A stretch of 64,000 bases of DNA from Parcubacteria group bacterium (GCA_041664225.1 JBAYLE010000004.1:10640-74639); one strand, 5' to 3'; positions 28,741 through 37,792 are shown, numbered from the stretch's first letter. Translations and numbers: made by a program. Notes: generated by a model not told the origin, from the letters alone.

Positions 28741-28959
28741 ATGTTTAGTAAAAAAGATTTTCAGCCGATAATAAAATATCTGAAACCATACAAAAAAGCT
28801 GTTCGCGTGGTAGTCGCCTTTTTGATTTTGGAGCACGCCACCTATTTGGTTTTGCCCTTGATTTATGGAAAGATTGTGGAATCTGGCGACCACGTCGAAC
28901 TGCTCCAGCACGGCGGTGTATATCAGAAGCTAAGCGAATTGCAAAAGATAAGCGTTTAA
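28741..28959 (+). pseudogene. Internally deleted ABC exporter (N-terminal TM1 fused to extreme C-terminus)
   Basis: KYLKPYKK...LPLIYGKIV joined to ESGDHVELLQHGGVYQKL. Confidence 0.7.
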
Positions 28960-29003
28960 AATATTTGACATTTTTTGACTCATTTGCTATGATTTAGTCA
29001 GAT

Positions 29004-29096
29004 ATGAAAGGAAAACAATTTGTAAAAATTAATGTTGCAGGTCTCTTGCTACTCCTACTCGAAAATAGGATGGCAAGTTTTGTTTCTCAAAAATAA
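29004..29096 (+). CDS. Leu-rich leader peptide MKGKQFVKINVAGLLLLLLENRMASFVSQK
   Basis: Six consecutive Leu codons (ctc ttg cta ctc cta ctc); promoter ttgaca-17-tatgat. Confidence 0.85.
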   Translation: MKGKQFVKINVAGLLLLLLENRMASFVSQK

Positions 29097-29147
29097 TAAT
29101 TTAAGATAGGGAGTGAACGGCGAGCCATCCTAGAAGATGGTTTTTTT
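29066..29147 (+). promoter_or_regulatory. Attenuator: antiterminator 29066-29074/29124-29132, terminator 29122-29147
   Basis: taggatggc/gccatccta perfect 9 bp; hairpin gagccatc-ctagaa-gatggttt plus T-run. Confidence 0.8.
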
Positions 29148-29203
29148 GTTGTTTAACAATTCAATCCACTGGATCATAGATTCAGCTAAATAAAGGAGGG
29201 GTT

Positions 29204-29413
29204 ATGGTTGAAAAAAGAGCAAATAGAAAGTGTAATCGTCTTTATCGTAGCAGCCGTTGTAAGAAGAAGCAGGATAATGAGTTCTGTTCCGGAAATGATG
29301 ATTATTGTCCATCCAGGGATGGACTCCGCGGGGAAAAAGATTTTGTCGGTGAATTTCATTTTATTCCCAAAAGTAGCGCGCCAATAAGGCAGCCGAATGC
29401 CGATGCCGCTTGA
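29204..29413 (+). CDS. 69-aa basic, 4-Cys hypothetical protein
   Basis: SD aaaggagg; lies between the Leu attenuator and a terminator. Confidence 0.65.
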   Translation: MVEKRANRKCNRLYRSSRCKKKQDNEFCSGNDDYCPSRDGLRGEKDFVGEFHFIPKSSAPIRQPNADAA

Positions 29414-29422
29414 TCTTTTCTG

Positions 29423-29452
29423 AAGGGTTGTCCAAACGGGCAATCCTTTTTT
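29423..29452 (+). terminator. Intrinsic terminator
   Basis: aagggttgtcc-aaac-gggcaatcctt plus T-run. Confidence 0.75.
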
Positions 29453-29502
29453 AATTTGACAAAAAACAACATTATGCTAGACTAGAAATAATAAATAAAC
29501 AC

Positions 29503-29592
29503 ATGAGTAGTTTTAATTACAAACAACAGCATTGGCTTCGCCGTCGTTCTGATGAAATAGGCTGTTTTTTTGTGTTTGAAATACGTTATTAA
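29503..29592 (+). CDS. Leader peptide 1 MSSFNYKQQHWLRRRSDEIGCFFVFEIRY
   Basis: tgg ctt cgc cgt cgt; promoter ttgaca...tgc-tagact; overlaps antiterminator. Confidence 0.8.
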   Translation: MSSFNYKQQHWLRRRSDEIGCFFVFEIRY

Positions 29593-29642
29593 ATAACTTC
29601 ATTATACGCAGACAAAAACAGCTTGTTTCACAAGCTGTTTTT
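29559..29642 (+). promoter_or_regulatory. Attenuator 1: antiterminator 29559-29569/29614-29624, terminator 29614-29642
   Basis: aggctgttttt/aaaaacagctt; hairpin aaaaacagcttg-tttca-caagctgttttt. Confidence 0.8.
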
Positions 29643-29660
29643 AAATTCACAAAAAATACT

Positions 29661-29750
29661 ATGATTAAAAATACGCCAAAATTAAACCATTGGGGACGCA
29701 GGAATTTCGATTCGAAGATCGGTGTATTTTTGCGTTTTGTTTTGCAGTAA
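29661..29750 (+). CDS. Leader peptide 2 MIKNTPKLNHWGRRNFDSKIGVFLRFVLQ
   Basis: HWGRR at the same codon positions (H10, W11, R13, R14) as leader 1; same length. Confidence 0.75.
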   Translation: MIKNTPKLNHWGRRNFDSKIGVFLRFVLQ

Positions 29751-29801
29751 GAGGCTTCAATAAAACATGACAATAGACCGGTCTTAGACCGGACTATTTT
29801 T
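29717..29801 (+). promoter_or_regulatory. Attenuator 2: antiterminator 29717-29728/29772-29783, terminator 29772-29801
   Basis: gatcggtgtatt/aatagaccggtc; hairpin ccggtc-tta-gaccgg plus T-run. Confidence 0.75.
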
Positions 29802-29823
29802 GTACCTTGAAAGGAGGACCGTC

Positions 29824-30633
29824 ATGGTTATCGGCGATTATGGTTCGTGGGTAGTGGAGAGTGAAAAAGCGTATCTCAAGGCTGATCCTGAAGTTGCAAT
29901 CAGTCTTTGCCCAAGTGATGCGCAGGCAGTGTCAGAGGGCTGGTGGGGATATCCCACCTGCGAGAAAGACTTGGTTAGTGGCATCTGTATTTTTGATGCC
30001 AGGTGGGCGCTGGAATTTGATAACGGGAAAGAAGCGGGAACGAGAAAATCTCTTTCTCTTCCGCGAGAAAGAGAAAAAGCGTTCAAGATGATGGAAAAGG
30101 GGCGTAAGATAAAAAATCTTTATGTTCCTACGGAACTTAGCGCCTATCATCTAAAGTTGCTCCAATGGCAAGTGAAAAAAATTTGCCAGCTTTCTCCGAA
30201 GAGAATACTCTATCATCTGCCAGTGGGTGAGTACGAAATCTTTATTCAGGAGCTTGAGACAGCGGCGGGAATAGATTTGCCTTGGCTGTATGTCCGCCTG
30301 GAAGAAATCTCCGAGAAAATAAAAAATTATTTTCTTGAAAACCTCACTCGGCAAGGCGTCGATGCAGGCAAAGTTGAGTTTATAAGGCCGCTTGAAATGG
30401 GGGCGCAGAGCACGGATGATTCATTCGGTTATCCATACTTGTTCCCGTACAAATTTGGGATGTCGCCGGAAAGTATGATGGGATTAGAGGACTTAGTTGA
30501 GCTCAGGATATTACTGAGGGCGAAAATGGAGATGAATTATGACATCCCGGTTCTTTGCGCGGTGTTGGAGGTTCCGCATCCATATCTGATTAGGGAGGAT
30601 AATGGCGGCGGGGTCATAACCGTGGAAAACTAA
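29824..30633 (+). CDS. Hypothetical ~270-aa protein (true start 29824 after SD aaggagg)
   Basis: Long ORF, own SD, followed by hairpin ggaggatttt-aac-aaaatcctcc; family not recognised. Confidence 0.8.
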   Translation: MVIGDYGSWVVESEKAYLKADPEVAISLCPSDAQAVSEGWWGYPTCEKDLVSGICIFDARWALEFDNGKEAGTRKSLSLPREREKAFKMMEKGRKIKNLYVPTELSAYHLKLLQWQVKKICQLSPKRILYHLPVGEYEIFIQELETAAGIDLPWLYVRLEEISEKIKNYFLENLTRQGVDAGKVEFIRPLEMGAQSTDDSFGYPYLFPYKFGMSPESMMGLEDLVELRILLRAKMEMNYDIPVLCAVLEVPHPYLIREDNGGGVITVEN

Positions 30634-30719
30634 GCTTGGCGGAGGATTTTAACAAAAATCCTCCGGCCACTTTTGAAAATCACTTAATTTTGATAACATA
30701 ATAATTAATTGCAAAAAGT

Positions 30720-31760
30720 ATGTTAGAAATCACAAATAAAAATTTTAAAATTTATCTGCAAGGAAGCATCTTCTTGGCTACGGGAGGCGGGCTGCCCTTT
30801 TCTGTCAGTCAAAAAATTTTTAAATTTATATTCAGCCGAAAAAAATCGATAAAGATCCTTGACTTGGATGAAATTTCCCCAAATGGTTATCTGGCGTCTG
30901 TTTATGGAGTAGGCGATCCGTCAAAGGCCGATTCAGTTAAGGAATCAGCATTAGTGAAAACGGCTCTGAAGAAATTTAAAAAGCTGACCGGTATAAACAT
31001 TGCTGGGGTGATTCCCGGAGAAATCGGCGCGGAAGTTTCTTCTTTTTTAGCCGCTAGTTTTTTGAATTTGCCCGTGGTCGACTCCGATCTAGTAGGAGGC
31101 AGAGCGGCTCCCGAGATACAAATGGATGTTTTTTCAATAGCCGGCCTGAAAATAACGCCAGTAATGGGCTTTTCTTCCAATAGCAAAAGCATCTTGCTGG
31201 AAAAAAATATCAGCGCGAACGAAATCGAAAAAACGTTACGCCCTTTTTTTGGAAAAAATGGCGGGAGCGGCATAATCATCGGCTATTTGGTGAAAAATTC
31301 CGTATATGGCAAATTCGGTATGCGGGACACTCTGTCGTTGGCTTTAAAAATCGGAAATATTTTGGAAAAAAAAGACATCGCAGAGCTTAAGCGAATAACA
31401 AAATGTAAAAAAATTATTAAAGAAAAAATCATCAGAACAAACTTAAAAAGTAGCAGCGGTTTTTTGCAGGGGAAAGTAATTTTTGAAAATCATGAGATTT
31501 TGGTGAAAAATGAAAATATCTTGCTTATCAGAAAAAACAAAAAAATAGCCGAAGCGCCAGAACTTATAATTATAATGGATGAAAATTTGAAGCCGATCCA
31601 TAATACCGAGATTGGGGAAAAGGTGGGCAAAAAAGTTCTTATTGTCGTTTTACCCGCGATGGGTTATTGGAAAAGTAGGAAGGGCTCCCAGCTGTGGGAA
31701 GCAACTGTAAAAAATTTGGCAAATAGGGCGATTTATAATAAACTAACTGTATTAAGATAA
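30720..31760 (+). CDS. DUF917 family protein
   Basis: LATGGG, GEIG, VVDSDLVGGRAAPEIQM, APELI. Confidence 0.8.
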   Translation: MLEITNKNFKIYLQGSIFLATGGGLPFSVSQKIFKFIFSRKKSIKILDLDEISPNGYLASVYGVGDPSKADSVKESALVKTALKKFKKLTGINIAGVIPGEIGAEVSSFLAASFLNLPVVDSDLVGGRAAPEIQMDVFSIAGLKITPVMGFSSNSKSILLEKNISANEIEKTLRPFFGKNGGSGIIIGYLVKNSVYGKFGMRDTLSLALKIGNILEKKDIAELKRITKCKKIIKEKIIRTNLKSSSGFLQGKVIFENHEILVKNENILLIRKNKKIAEAPELIIIMDENLKPIHNTEIGEKVGKKVLIVVLPAMGYWKSRKGSQLWEATVKNLANRAIYNKLTVLR

Positions 31761-31764
31761 ACCT

Positions 31765-32994
31765 ATGAAACAATCGCAACTTTTTACCAAGACTCAAAAA
31801 GACGCGCCGAAGGACGAGGTGAGCGTGAACGCGCAACTTTTGATCCGGGCCGGCTTTGTGGACAAACTCATGGCGGGAGTTTACACATTTTTGCCGTTGG
31901 GGCTCCGCGTCATGAAAAAGATTGAAAATATCATCCGCGAAGAAATTAACGCGATCGGCGGACAAGAAATTTTTATGCCAACCTTGCAACCGAAGGAAAA
32001 CTGGCTGAAAACCGGGCGCTGGGACACGATGGATGATTTGTATAAGGTGAAAGACGCGAGTGGCAAAGAATTCGCGCTCGGGCCGACGCACGAAGAAATC
32101 GTGGTGCCTTTGGCGCAAAAATATATCAATTCCTACCGAGACTTTCCGTTTTATGCCTATCAATTCCAAAATAAATTTCGGATGGAACTACGCGCGAAAT
32201 CCGGCATCTTGCGCGGGCGGGAATTTATGATGAAAGATTTATATTCTTTCCATTTGAGCGAAGATGATTTTAACGCATATTACGAAAAAGCGGCCAAAGC
32301 TTATGAAAAGATTTTTCAGAGAACAGGGATTGGCGAAAAAACTTACAAGACTTTTGCTTCGGGTGGATCTTTTTCCAAGTATTCGCACGAATACCAAACG
32401 GTGACGCCGGCCGGTGAAGACCTGATTCATATCTGTAACCAGTGCGGACTGGCGATCAATGAGGAGATAAAAGGCGAGGTTGATGTTTGTCCGAGCTGCA
32501 AGGGCGCGGATTTCCGCAAAGAAAAAGCCATTGAGGTGGGAAATATTTTTAATTTGAAAAACAAATATACCCAGCCGTTCGATTTCAAAATAAAAGACGA
32601 AAAAGGCGAGGAAAAAGAAGTGATCATGGGTTGTTATGGTCTGGGACTCTCGCGGCTCATGGGAACAATCGTGGAAGTTTTTCACGACGATAAAGGCATT
32701 ATCTGGCCGGAATCGGTCGCGCCTTTCAAAGTGCATTTGATCAGTTTGGGCAAAAACGACGAGGCAGAAAAAATTTATAACGACCTAATAAAAAAGAGCG
32801 TGGAAGTTTTGTTTGATGACCGAGAGGAAACAGCTGGCAAGAAATTTGCTGACAGCGATCTCATTGGCATTCCGTACCGCATTGTTGTGAGCGAAAAATC
32901 ATTGCAATCTGGTGGCGTAGAAATTAAAAAAAGAAACCAAAAAGAGACTGAAATTATAAACCAAAATAGTATTATTGAAAAATTGAATGCCTAA
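31765..32994 (+). CDS. proS: Proline--tRNA ligase (short, no insertion domain)
   Basis: LGPTHEE, FRMELR, REFMMKD, IEVGNIF, MGCYGLG. Confidence 0.95.
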   Translation: MKQSQLFTKTQKDAPKDEVSVNAQLLIRAGFVDKLMAGVYTFLPLGLRVMKKIENIIREEINAIGGQEIFMPTLQPKENWLKTGRWDTMDDLYKVKDASGKEFALGPTHEEIVVPLAQKYINSYRDFPFYAYQFQNKFRMELRAKSGILRGREFMMKDLYSFHLSEDDFNAYYEKAAKAYEKIFQRTGIGEKTYKTFASGGSFSKYSHEYQTVTPAGEDLIHICNQCGLAINEEIKGEVDVCPSCKGADFRKEKAIEVGNIFNLKNKYTQPFDFKIKDEKGEEKEVIMGCYGLGLSRLMGTIVEVFHDDKGIIWPESVAPFKVHLISLGKNDEAEKIYNDLIKKSVEVLFDDREETAGKKFADSDLIGIPYRIVVSEKSLQSGGVEIKKRNQKETEIINQNSIIEKLNA

Positions 32995-33301
32995 GACAAG
33001 CAGAATCAAATATTTGTTGGGGCTCATCATATTAATTTTTCCCGCGGTCGTTCTCGCGGCCACGGAACATCCTTTAGTTGATATTTTGACCAAAATCCTG
33101 AGCTGGCTCTTGGGAATTTTTGGTTCATTAGGGCTGATTGGTTTTGTGGTTTCGGGCATATTGTATCTCACAGCGGCGGGTGACCAAGAGCGGATCGAAA
33201 GGGCAAAAAAATCTTTCACTTATTCTATCTTGGGTGTGCTCATCGGGCTGATGGGCATAATCATTATAAAGGTTATCGAAGCGAGGTTGTCTGGGCAATA
33301 A
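32987..33301 (+). CDS. TrbC/VirB2-like pilin (CPR-type)
   Basis: Signal peptide, two TM helices with SGILYLTAAGDQERIERAKK. Confidence 0.75.
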   Translation: MPKTSRIKYLLGLIILIFPAVVLAATEHPLVDILTKILSWLLGIFGSLGLIGFVVSGILYLTAAGDQERIERAKKSFTYSILGVLIGLMGIIIIKVIEARLSGQ

Positions 33302-33334
33302 AAATCGCAAAAATAATATCGTAAATTTTCAGAT

Positions 33335-34207
33335 ATGCAAATTACTTTAAGCAAATATGCCGGGTTTTGCGATGGCGTGGACCGGGCCTACAAAATGGTC
33401 AAAAAAATTGCAGCAGACCCTAAGGTCAAAAAACCTATATATGTTTTGGGTTTGCTGGTTCACAATCGGGATGTGGTTGAGAGCGTCGAAAAACTAGGCG
33501 TGAAAAAAATCCGTGTTGGCAAGGATCTGTTTAGAATTTTGGATTCAATGCAAAACAAAATTGGCACACTAGTTGTTACGGCACACGGCATGGGGCCGAA
33601 AATTTATGCCTATGCGGCCAAGAAAGGCATTGATATGGTGGACACTACTTGCCCGAAAGTTGTGCGGGCGCAAAGATTGGCCAAAATTTTCAAAGATAAG
33701 AATTATCAAATTGTCATCATCGGCGAAAAAGAGCACAAGGAAGTTAAAGGTGTTTGTGAATGGGCCGACAACAAGGCGTTTTTCGTGCAGAAAAAAGCCG
33801 ATCTCAAAAGATTGAAGCTGGATCCGCGGAAAAAAATCGCGGTGATTTCGCAAACCACGCAGAATCAAGAATTTGTGAAGCGCGCTTGGGAATTCATGCA
33901 CAGTAATTATCCACAGGTGGAAGTCGTGGATACGATCTGCTTAGCAACTCACAATCGTCAGGACGAGGCGCGCCAAAAAGCTTCTCAAAATGACGTTGTG
34001 ATTGTGATTGGTTCGCCTGAAAGCGCTAACTCAAATCAGCTTTGGGAAATTGCCAGCGGAATAAATTCGAAGTCATATTTTATCGAGAGCGCGAAACAAC
34101 TCAAAAAAACTTGGTTTAAAGGGGCTAAAAAGGTCTGGGTGACTGCTGGAGCTTCCACGCCGGATTGGATAATCAGCGGAGTGATCGGGATATTGAAAAA
34201 AATGTGA
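33335..34207 (+). CDS. ispH: 4-hydroxy-3-methylbut-2-enyl diphosphate reductase
   Basis: AGFCDGV, TAHG, DTTCP, SQTT, DTICLAT, TAGASTP. Confidence 0.95.
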   Translation: MQITLSKYAGFCDGVDRAYKMVKKIAADPKVKKPIYVLGLLVHNRDVVESVEKLGVKKIRVGKDLFRILDSMQNKIGTLVVTAHGMGPKIYAYAAKKGIDMVDTTCPKVVRAQRLAKIFKDKNYQIVIIGEKEHKEVKGVCEWADNKAFFVQKKADLKRLKLDPRKKIAVISQTTQNQEFVKRAWEFMHSNYPQVEVVDTICLATHNRQDEARQKASQNDVVIVIGSPESANSNQLWEIASGINSKSYFIESAKQLKKTWFKGAKKVWVTAGASTPDWIISGVIGILKKM

Positions 34208-34284
34208 CGGATTTGTTTTTTTTGCATATTTACGCTATAATTCAGTCATAATAAGACCCATATATTTTTGGGGGAGTTAAAGAT

Positions 34285-35082
34285 ATGACCAAACTTATTC
34301 TTGTTGAAGATGATCCGATGATCTCTGAGATTTATCAGAAAAAGTTTATTGATGCCGGTTTCGAAGTTTTTCTGGCGGAATCAGGAGAACAAGCCATAAA
34401 TATCGCCAAAAAAGAAACGGTGGACGCGGTGATCACTGATTTGATTATGCCCAAAATGGATGGTTTCGAATTGATTAAAAATTTACGGAGCGGCGATTTC
34501 GATCCTAGCATAAAAATAATCGTTTCCAGCAATCTGAGCCAAAAAGATGATCGTGATAAGGCTCTGCATTTGGGGGCGAATGGATTTTTAGCCAAATCTG
34601 ATTTTAGCCCGAGCGAGCTGGTGGCTGAAGTAAAAAGGTTGCTTGACCAATATCGTGAGCAGCAAAAAAATCTTGCCAAGCAGGAGAAGGCTCCCGATGA
34701 AATTGCCAGAAAAGGAGCCAAGCGGATTTTGATGATTGAGGACGAGGAGATAATTATCGAAATGTTTGTGGACAAACTTGAGCAGGAAGGTTTTGCGGTT
34801 TCGATTGCAAGAAATGGCGCCTGGGGAGTAAAGGAAGCGATGAAAGAAAATTTTGATTTGTTTATCATTGACATGGTGATGCCGGCGATGACGGGCGAGG
34901 AAATGATCGCCAAATTAAAAATGGAAGAAAAGACCAAAAATATTCCCATCATTGCTTTCTCAGCTTCCGTAGAAAATGAAATTATGCGGAGAGTTGAGGA
35001 AATGGGCGTACAAGCTTTTTATCAAAAAACGCAAATAACACCGAGCGAATTGGTAAACAAAGTTGAGGAGTTATTGAAATAA
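34285..35082 (+). CDS. Tandem (double) response regulator receiver protein
   Basis: Two REC domains (LILVEDD...DLIMP; LMIEDE...DMVMP). Confidence 0.9.
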   Translation: MTKLILVEDDPMISEIYQKKFIDAGFEVFLAESGEQAINIAKKETVDAVITDLIMPKMDGFELIKNLRSGDFDPSIKIIVSSNLSQKDDRDKALHLGANGFLAKSDFSPSELVAEVKRLLDQYREQQKNLAKQEKAPDEIARKGAKRILMIEDEEIIIEMFVDKLEQEGFAVSIARNGAWGVKEAMKENFDLFIIDMVMPAMTGEEMIAKLKMEEKTKNIPIIAFSASVENEIMRRVEEMGVQAFYQKTQITPSELVNKVEELLK

Positions 35083-35124
35083 TTTCATCCAGTTAAATAA
35101 TTTTCACCCCGTTAAATAATTTTT

Positions 35125-36444
35125 ATGGAAAGAAAATTAGTCAGCGAAACGCCGGAATTGGTCGGCCAAACTGTAAAATTGGCAGGCTGGGTCAATGTTC
35201 GCCGCGATCATGGCAAGCTTATTTTTATCGATTTGCGCGACCGGAGCGGCATGATCCAGATGGTAATTATTCCTGATAAAGAAGAAGCATACAAAATCGC
35301 GAAAGAAGTCCGCAGTGAGTTTGTGATTGAGATCGAAGGGTTGGTAAAGCAAAGACCAGGCGGTGCGGCGAAAGCCGGGATGGCTACCGGCGGGGTGGAG
35401 ATTGAAGTGGAAAAAATGAACGTTTTAGCCAAGCCGGAAGGCGAATTGCCGGTGGATATTTCGGAAGATGATTTTAATCTGCATCTGGACACGCTTTTAG
35501 ATAATCGCGTGCTGACGCTTCGTAATGAAAAAGTAAAAGCAATTTTCCGCATCTATTCTGAAATCCTGAAGGACTATGCTGATTTCATGAAACGGGAGGG
35601 ATTTACAGAAATAAAAACGCCGAAAATTTTAAGCGCGGCGACAGAGGGCGGGGCTAATTTTTTCAAAATAAAATATTTTGAGCGGGAAGCCTATCTAGCT
35701 CAGAGCCCGCAATTTTACAAGCAGGCAGGCGTGGGCGTCTTTGAAAGAGTGTTTGAGATCGGTTCGGTTTTTCGGGCGGAACCGCACTATACGACGCGGC
35801 ATGTCAATGAATATATCGGTATGGATGCGGAAATGGGGTTTATCAACAGTTTTGAAGACGTGATGGACGAGCTGGAAAAAACAATGGCGTATATTATGGA
35901 ATCAATAGTCAGGGATTGCGCCAAGGATCTGGAAAGATACAAAGTCGAAATTTTGCCGGTCGCCGCAATTCCGCGGATAAAGCTGACGGAAGCATTGGAA
36001 ATTTTAGACAAAGAGTTCGGTAAAAAAATGGATGCGATTGATATTGATGCCGAAGGAGAAAGAATGATCGGGGAATGGGCGTTGAAAGAACATGGCAGTG
36101 AATTTGTCTTTCTCACACATTATCCAGCCAATATCCGGCCCTTTTACTCGATGCCGAGCGCCGATCCGCAATATACGGAAACTTTTGATCTTATATACAA
36201 AGGTGTCGAGATTGCGAGCGGTGGGCAGAGAATTCATGATTATCATCAGCTCGTGGCAAATATTAAAAAGCACAAACTGAAACCGGAGGATTTTGAACAT
36301 TATCTGGATATTTTCAAATACGGCATGCCGCCGCACGGCGGCTGGGGTCTGGGTTCGGAAAGAATCGTCCAGAGAATGCTTGGGCTTAAAAGCATCAAGG
36401 AAGCCATTCTTTTTCCGCGCGATGTAAAAAGGTTGACGCCATAG
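35125..36444 (+). CDS. aspS: Aspartate--tRNA(Asp/Asn) ligase, short non-discriminating type
   Basis: FIDLRDRSG, LAQSPQFYKQ, FRAE, SGGQRIH, GMPPHGG. Confidence 0.92.
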   Translation: MERKLVSETPELVGQTVKLAGWVNVRRDHGKLIFIDLRDRSGMIQMVIIPDKEEAYKIAKEVRSEFVIEIEGLVKQRPGGAAKAGMATGGVEIEVEKMNVLAKPEGELPVDISEDDFNLHLDTLLDNRVLTLRNEKVKAIFRIYSEILKDYADFMKREGFTEIKTPKILSAATEGGANFFKIKYFEREAYLAQSPQFYKQAGVGVFERVFEIGSVFRAEPHYTTRHVNEYIGMDAEMGFINSFEDVMDELEKTMAYIMESIVRDCAKDLERYKVEILPVAAIPRIKLTEALEILDKEFGKKMDAIDIDAEGERMIGEWALKEHGSEFVFLTHYPANIRPFYSMPSADPQYTETFDLIYKGVEIASGGQRIHDYHQLVANIKKHKLKPEDFEHYLDIFKYGMPPHGGWGLGSERIVQRMLGLKSIKEAILFPRDVKRLTP

Positions 36445-36496
36445 ATAGTTTTCAGTTTTTAGTAAAAAAACGATACCAATTCTAACAAATACAAAA

Positions 36497-37708
36497 ATGA
36501 AAAAACATGATGAAAAACTGGATGAGAACCGGATCAAGCTGGTGACCTTCATCACCTTTCTGATGGGTTTCGCGCAGGCCATTTTGGCGTACATCATGTC
36601 ATCCTATTTCAAGCTGGCGGCAGGTACCGAAAATGTTGGGCTATTTTATGCTGTCGCCTACATAATATTTTTGGTAATTCTCTTGAATTTGCACAAATTT
36701 GTCAGAACATTGGGCAAAGCCAATGTTTTTTATTTTGCGCTGCTGGCAAAAATAATCGTGATTGTTGGTTTGATTTTTACTAATCCTTCGAAAGTCGGCA
36801 TTTTTTTGCTGGTATTGTATATCATTCTAGGCAGCATAGAGTGGGTGGCGCTTGACGTTATCATCGAAGGTTTTTCGACTGACCGGATGTCTGGGCGCAT
36901 TCGCGGAATGCATCTGACTATATTAAACGCCGGAATTCTATTTGGACCGTTCGTTTCGACTTATATTTTAGATCGGATGGATTTTCACGGCATTTTCGTT
37001 TTTTCCTTGATTTTTAACGCCTTCGTGTTTATTTTTGCCTTGATAAGCTTTCGCAATGTTAATCATCGCTTTGAACAAAAACTGAAAGTCGCGGACATTT
37101 TGAAAAAAGTTTTTGCCAGGAAAAACATCATGCGGGTATATTATATTTCTTTCGTGCTCGAATTTTTTTACGCGCTGATGATTATCTATACGCCGATTTA
37201 TTTGCGCAACATCGGTTTCTCTTGGGAAGAAATCGGATGGATTTTTACCGCGATGCTTATTCCGTTCGTGCTGATACAATATCCGATGGGAATTTTGGCT
37301 GACAAAAAAACCGGCGAGAAGGAGCTTTTAATTGTTTCTTTGCTATTGATGGGTTTTTCCACATTGGCCATTTACTTTATGGGTACAGGCAGTATTTTCA
37401 AATGGGCGGTAATTTTGTTTGTGACCAGGATCGGAGCGGCGCTGATTGAGATTTTGCGTGACTCGTATTTTTTCAAGCGAATCGATGAGCACGATGTGGA
37501 TGTGATTAATTTTTTCCGGACATCTGCGCCGGTGGCCGTTATCCTCGCAACTATTTTTTCATCCTTTGTGTTTTTCTTTCTGCCGGTGCAATATGCCTTT
37601 ATTCTGACCGGGCTTGTGGTTCTCTCGGCGCTTTATCCGGCTTGGAAGCTACAGGATAATCAGTGCGAAGCCGAAATTTTGGCTAAAGAAAGCATCAAAG
37701 AATGCTAA
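36497..37708 (+). CDS. MFS transporter
   Basis: About 12 TM helices, GILADKKTG. Confidence 0.85.
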   Translation: MKKHDEKLDENRIKLVTFITFLMGFAQAILAYIMSSYFKLAAGTENVGLFYAVAYIIFLVILLNLHKFVRTLGKANVFYFALLAKIIVIVGLIFTNPSKVGIFLLVLYIILGSIEWVALDVIIEGFSTDRMSGRIRGMHLTILNAGILFGPFVSTYILDRMDFHGIFVFSLIFNAFVFIFALISFRNVNHRFEQKLKVADILKKVFARKNIMRVYYISFVLEFFYALMIIYTPIYLRNIGFSWEEIGWIFTAMLIPFVLIQYPMGILADKKTGEKELLIVSLLLMGFSTLAIYFMGTGSIFKWAVILFVTRIGAALIEILRDSYFFKRIDEHDVDVINFFRTSAPVAVILATIFSSFVFFFLPVQYAFILTGLVVLSALYPAWKLQDNQCEAEILAKESIKEC

Positions 37709-37792
37709 TCAGCAAAAAACGGGGGCATTTTTTGTGTTTGAAAAAATCTTTTTTTAATGCTATTATGAATAAGTAAAAAATTATAAGAATTT

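Noticed and set aside
29513-29773. Minus-strand ORFs 29186-29443 and 29513-29773
   Set aside because: Antisense to well-structured + strand leader/attenuator units; no SD or protein-like features
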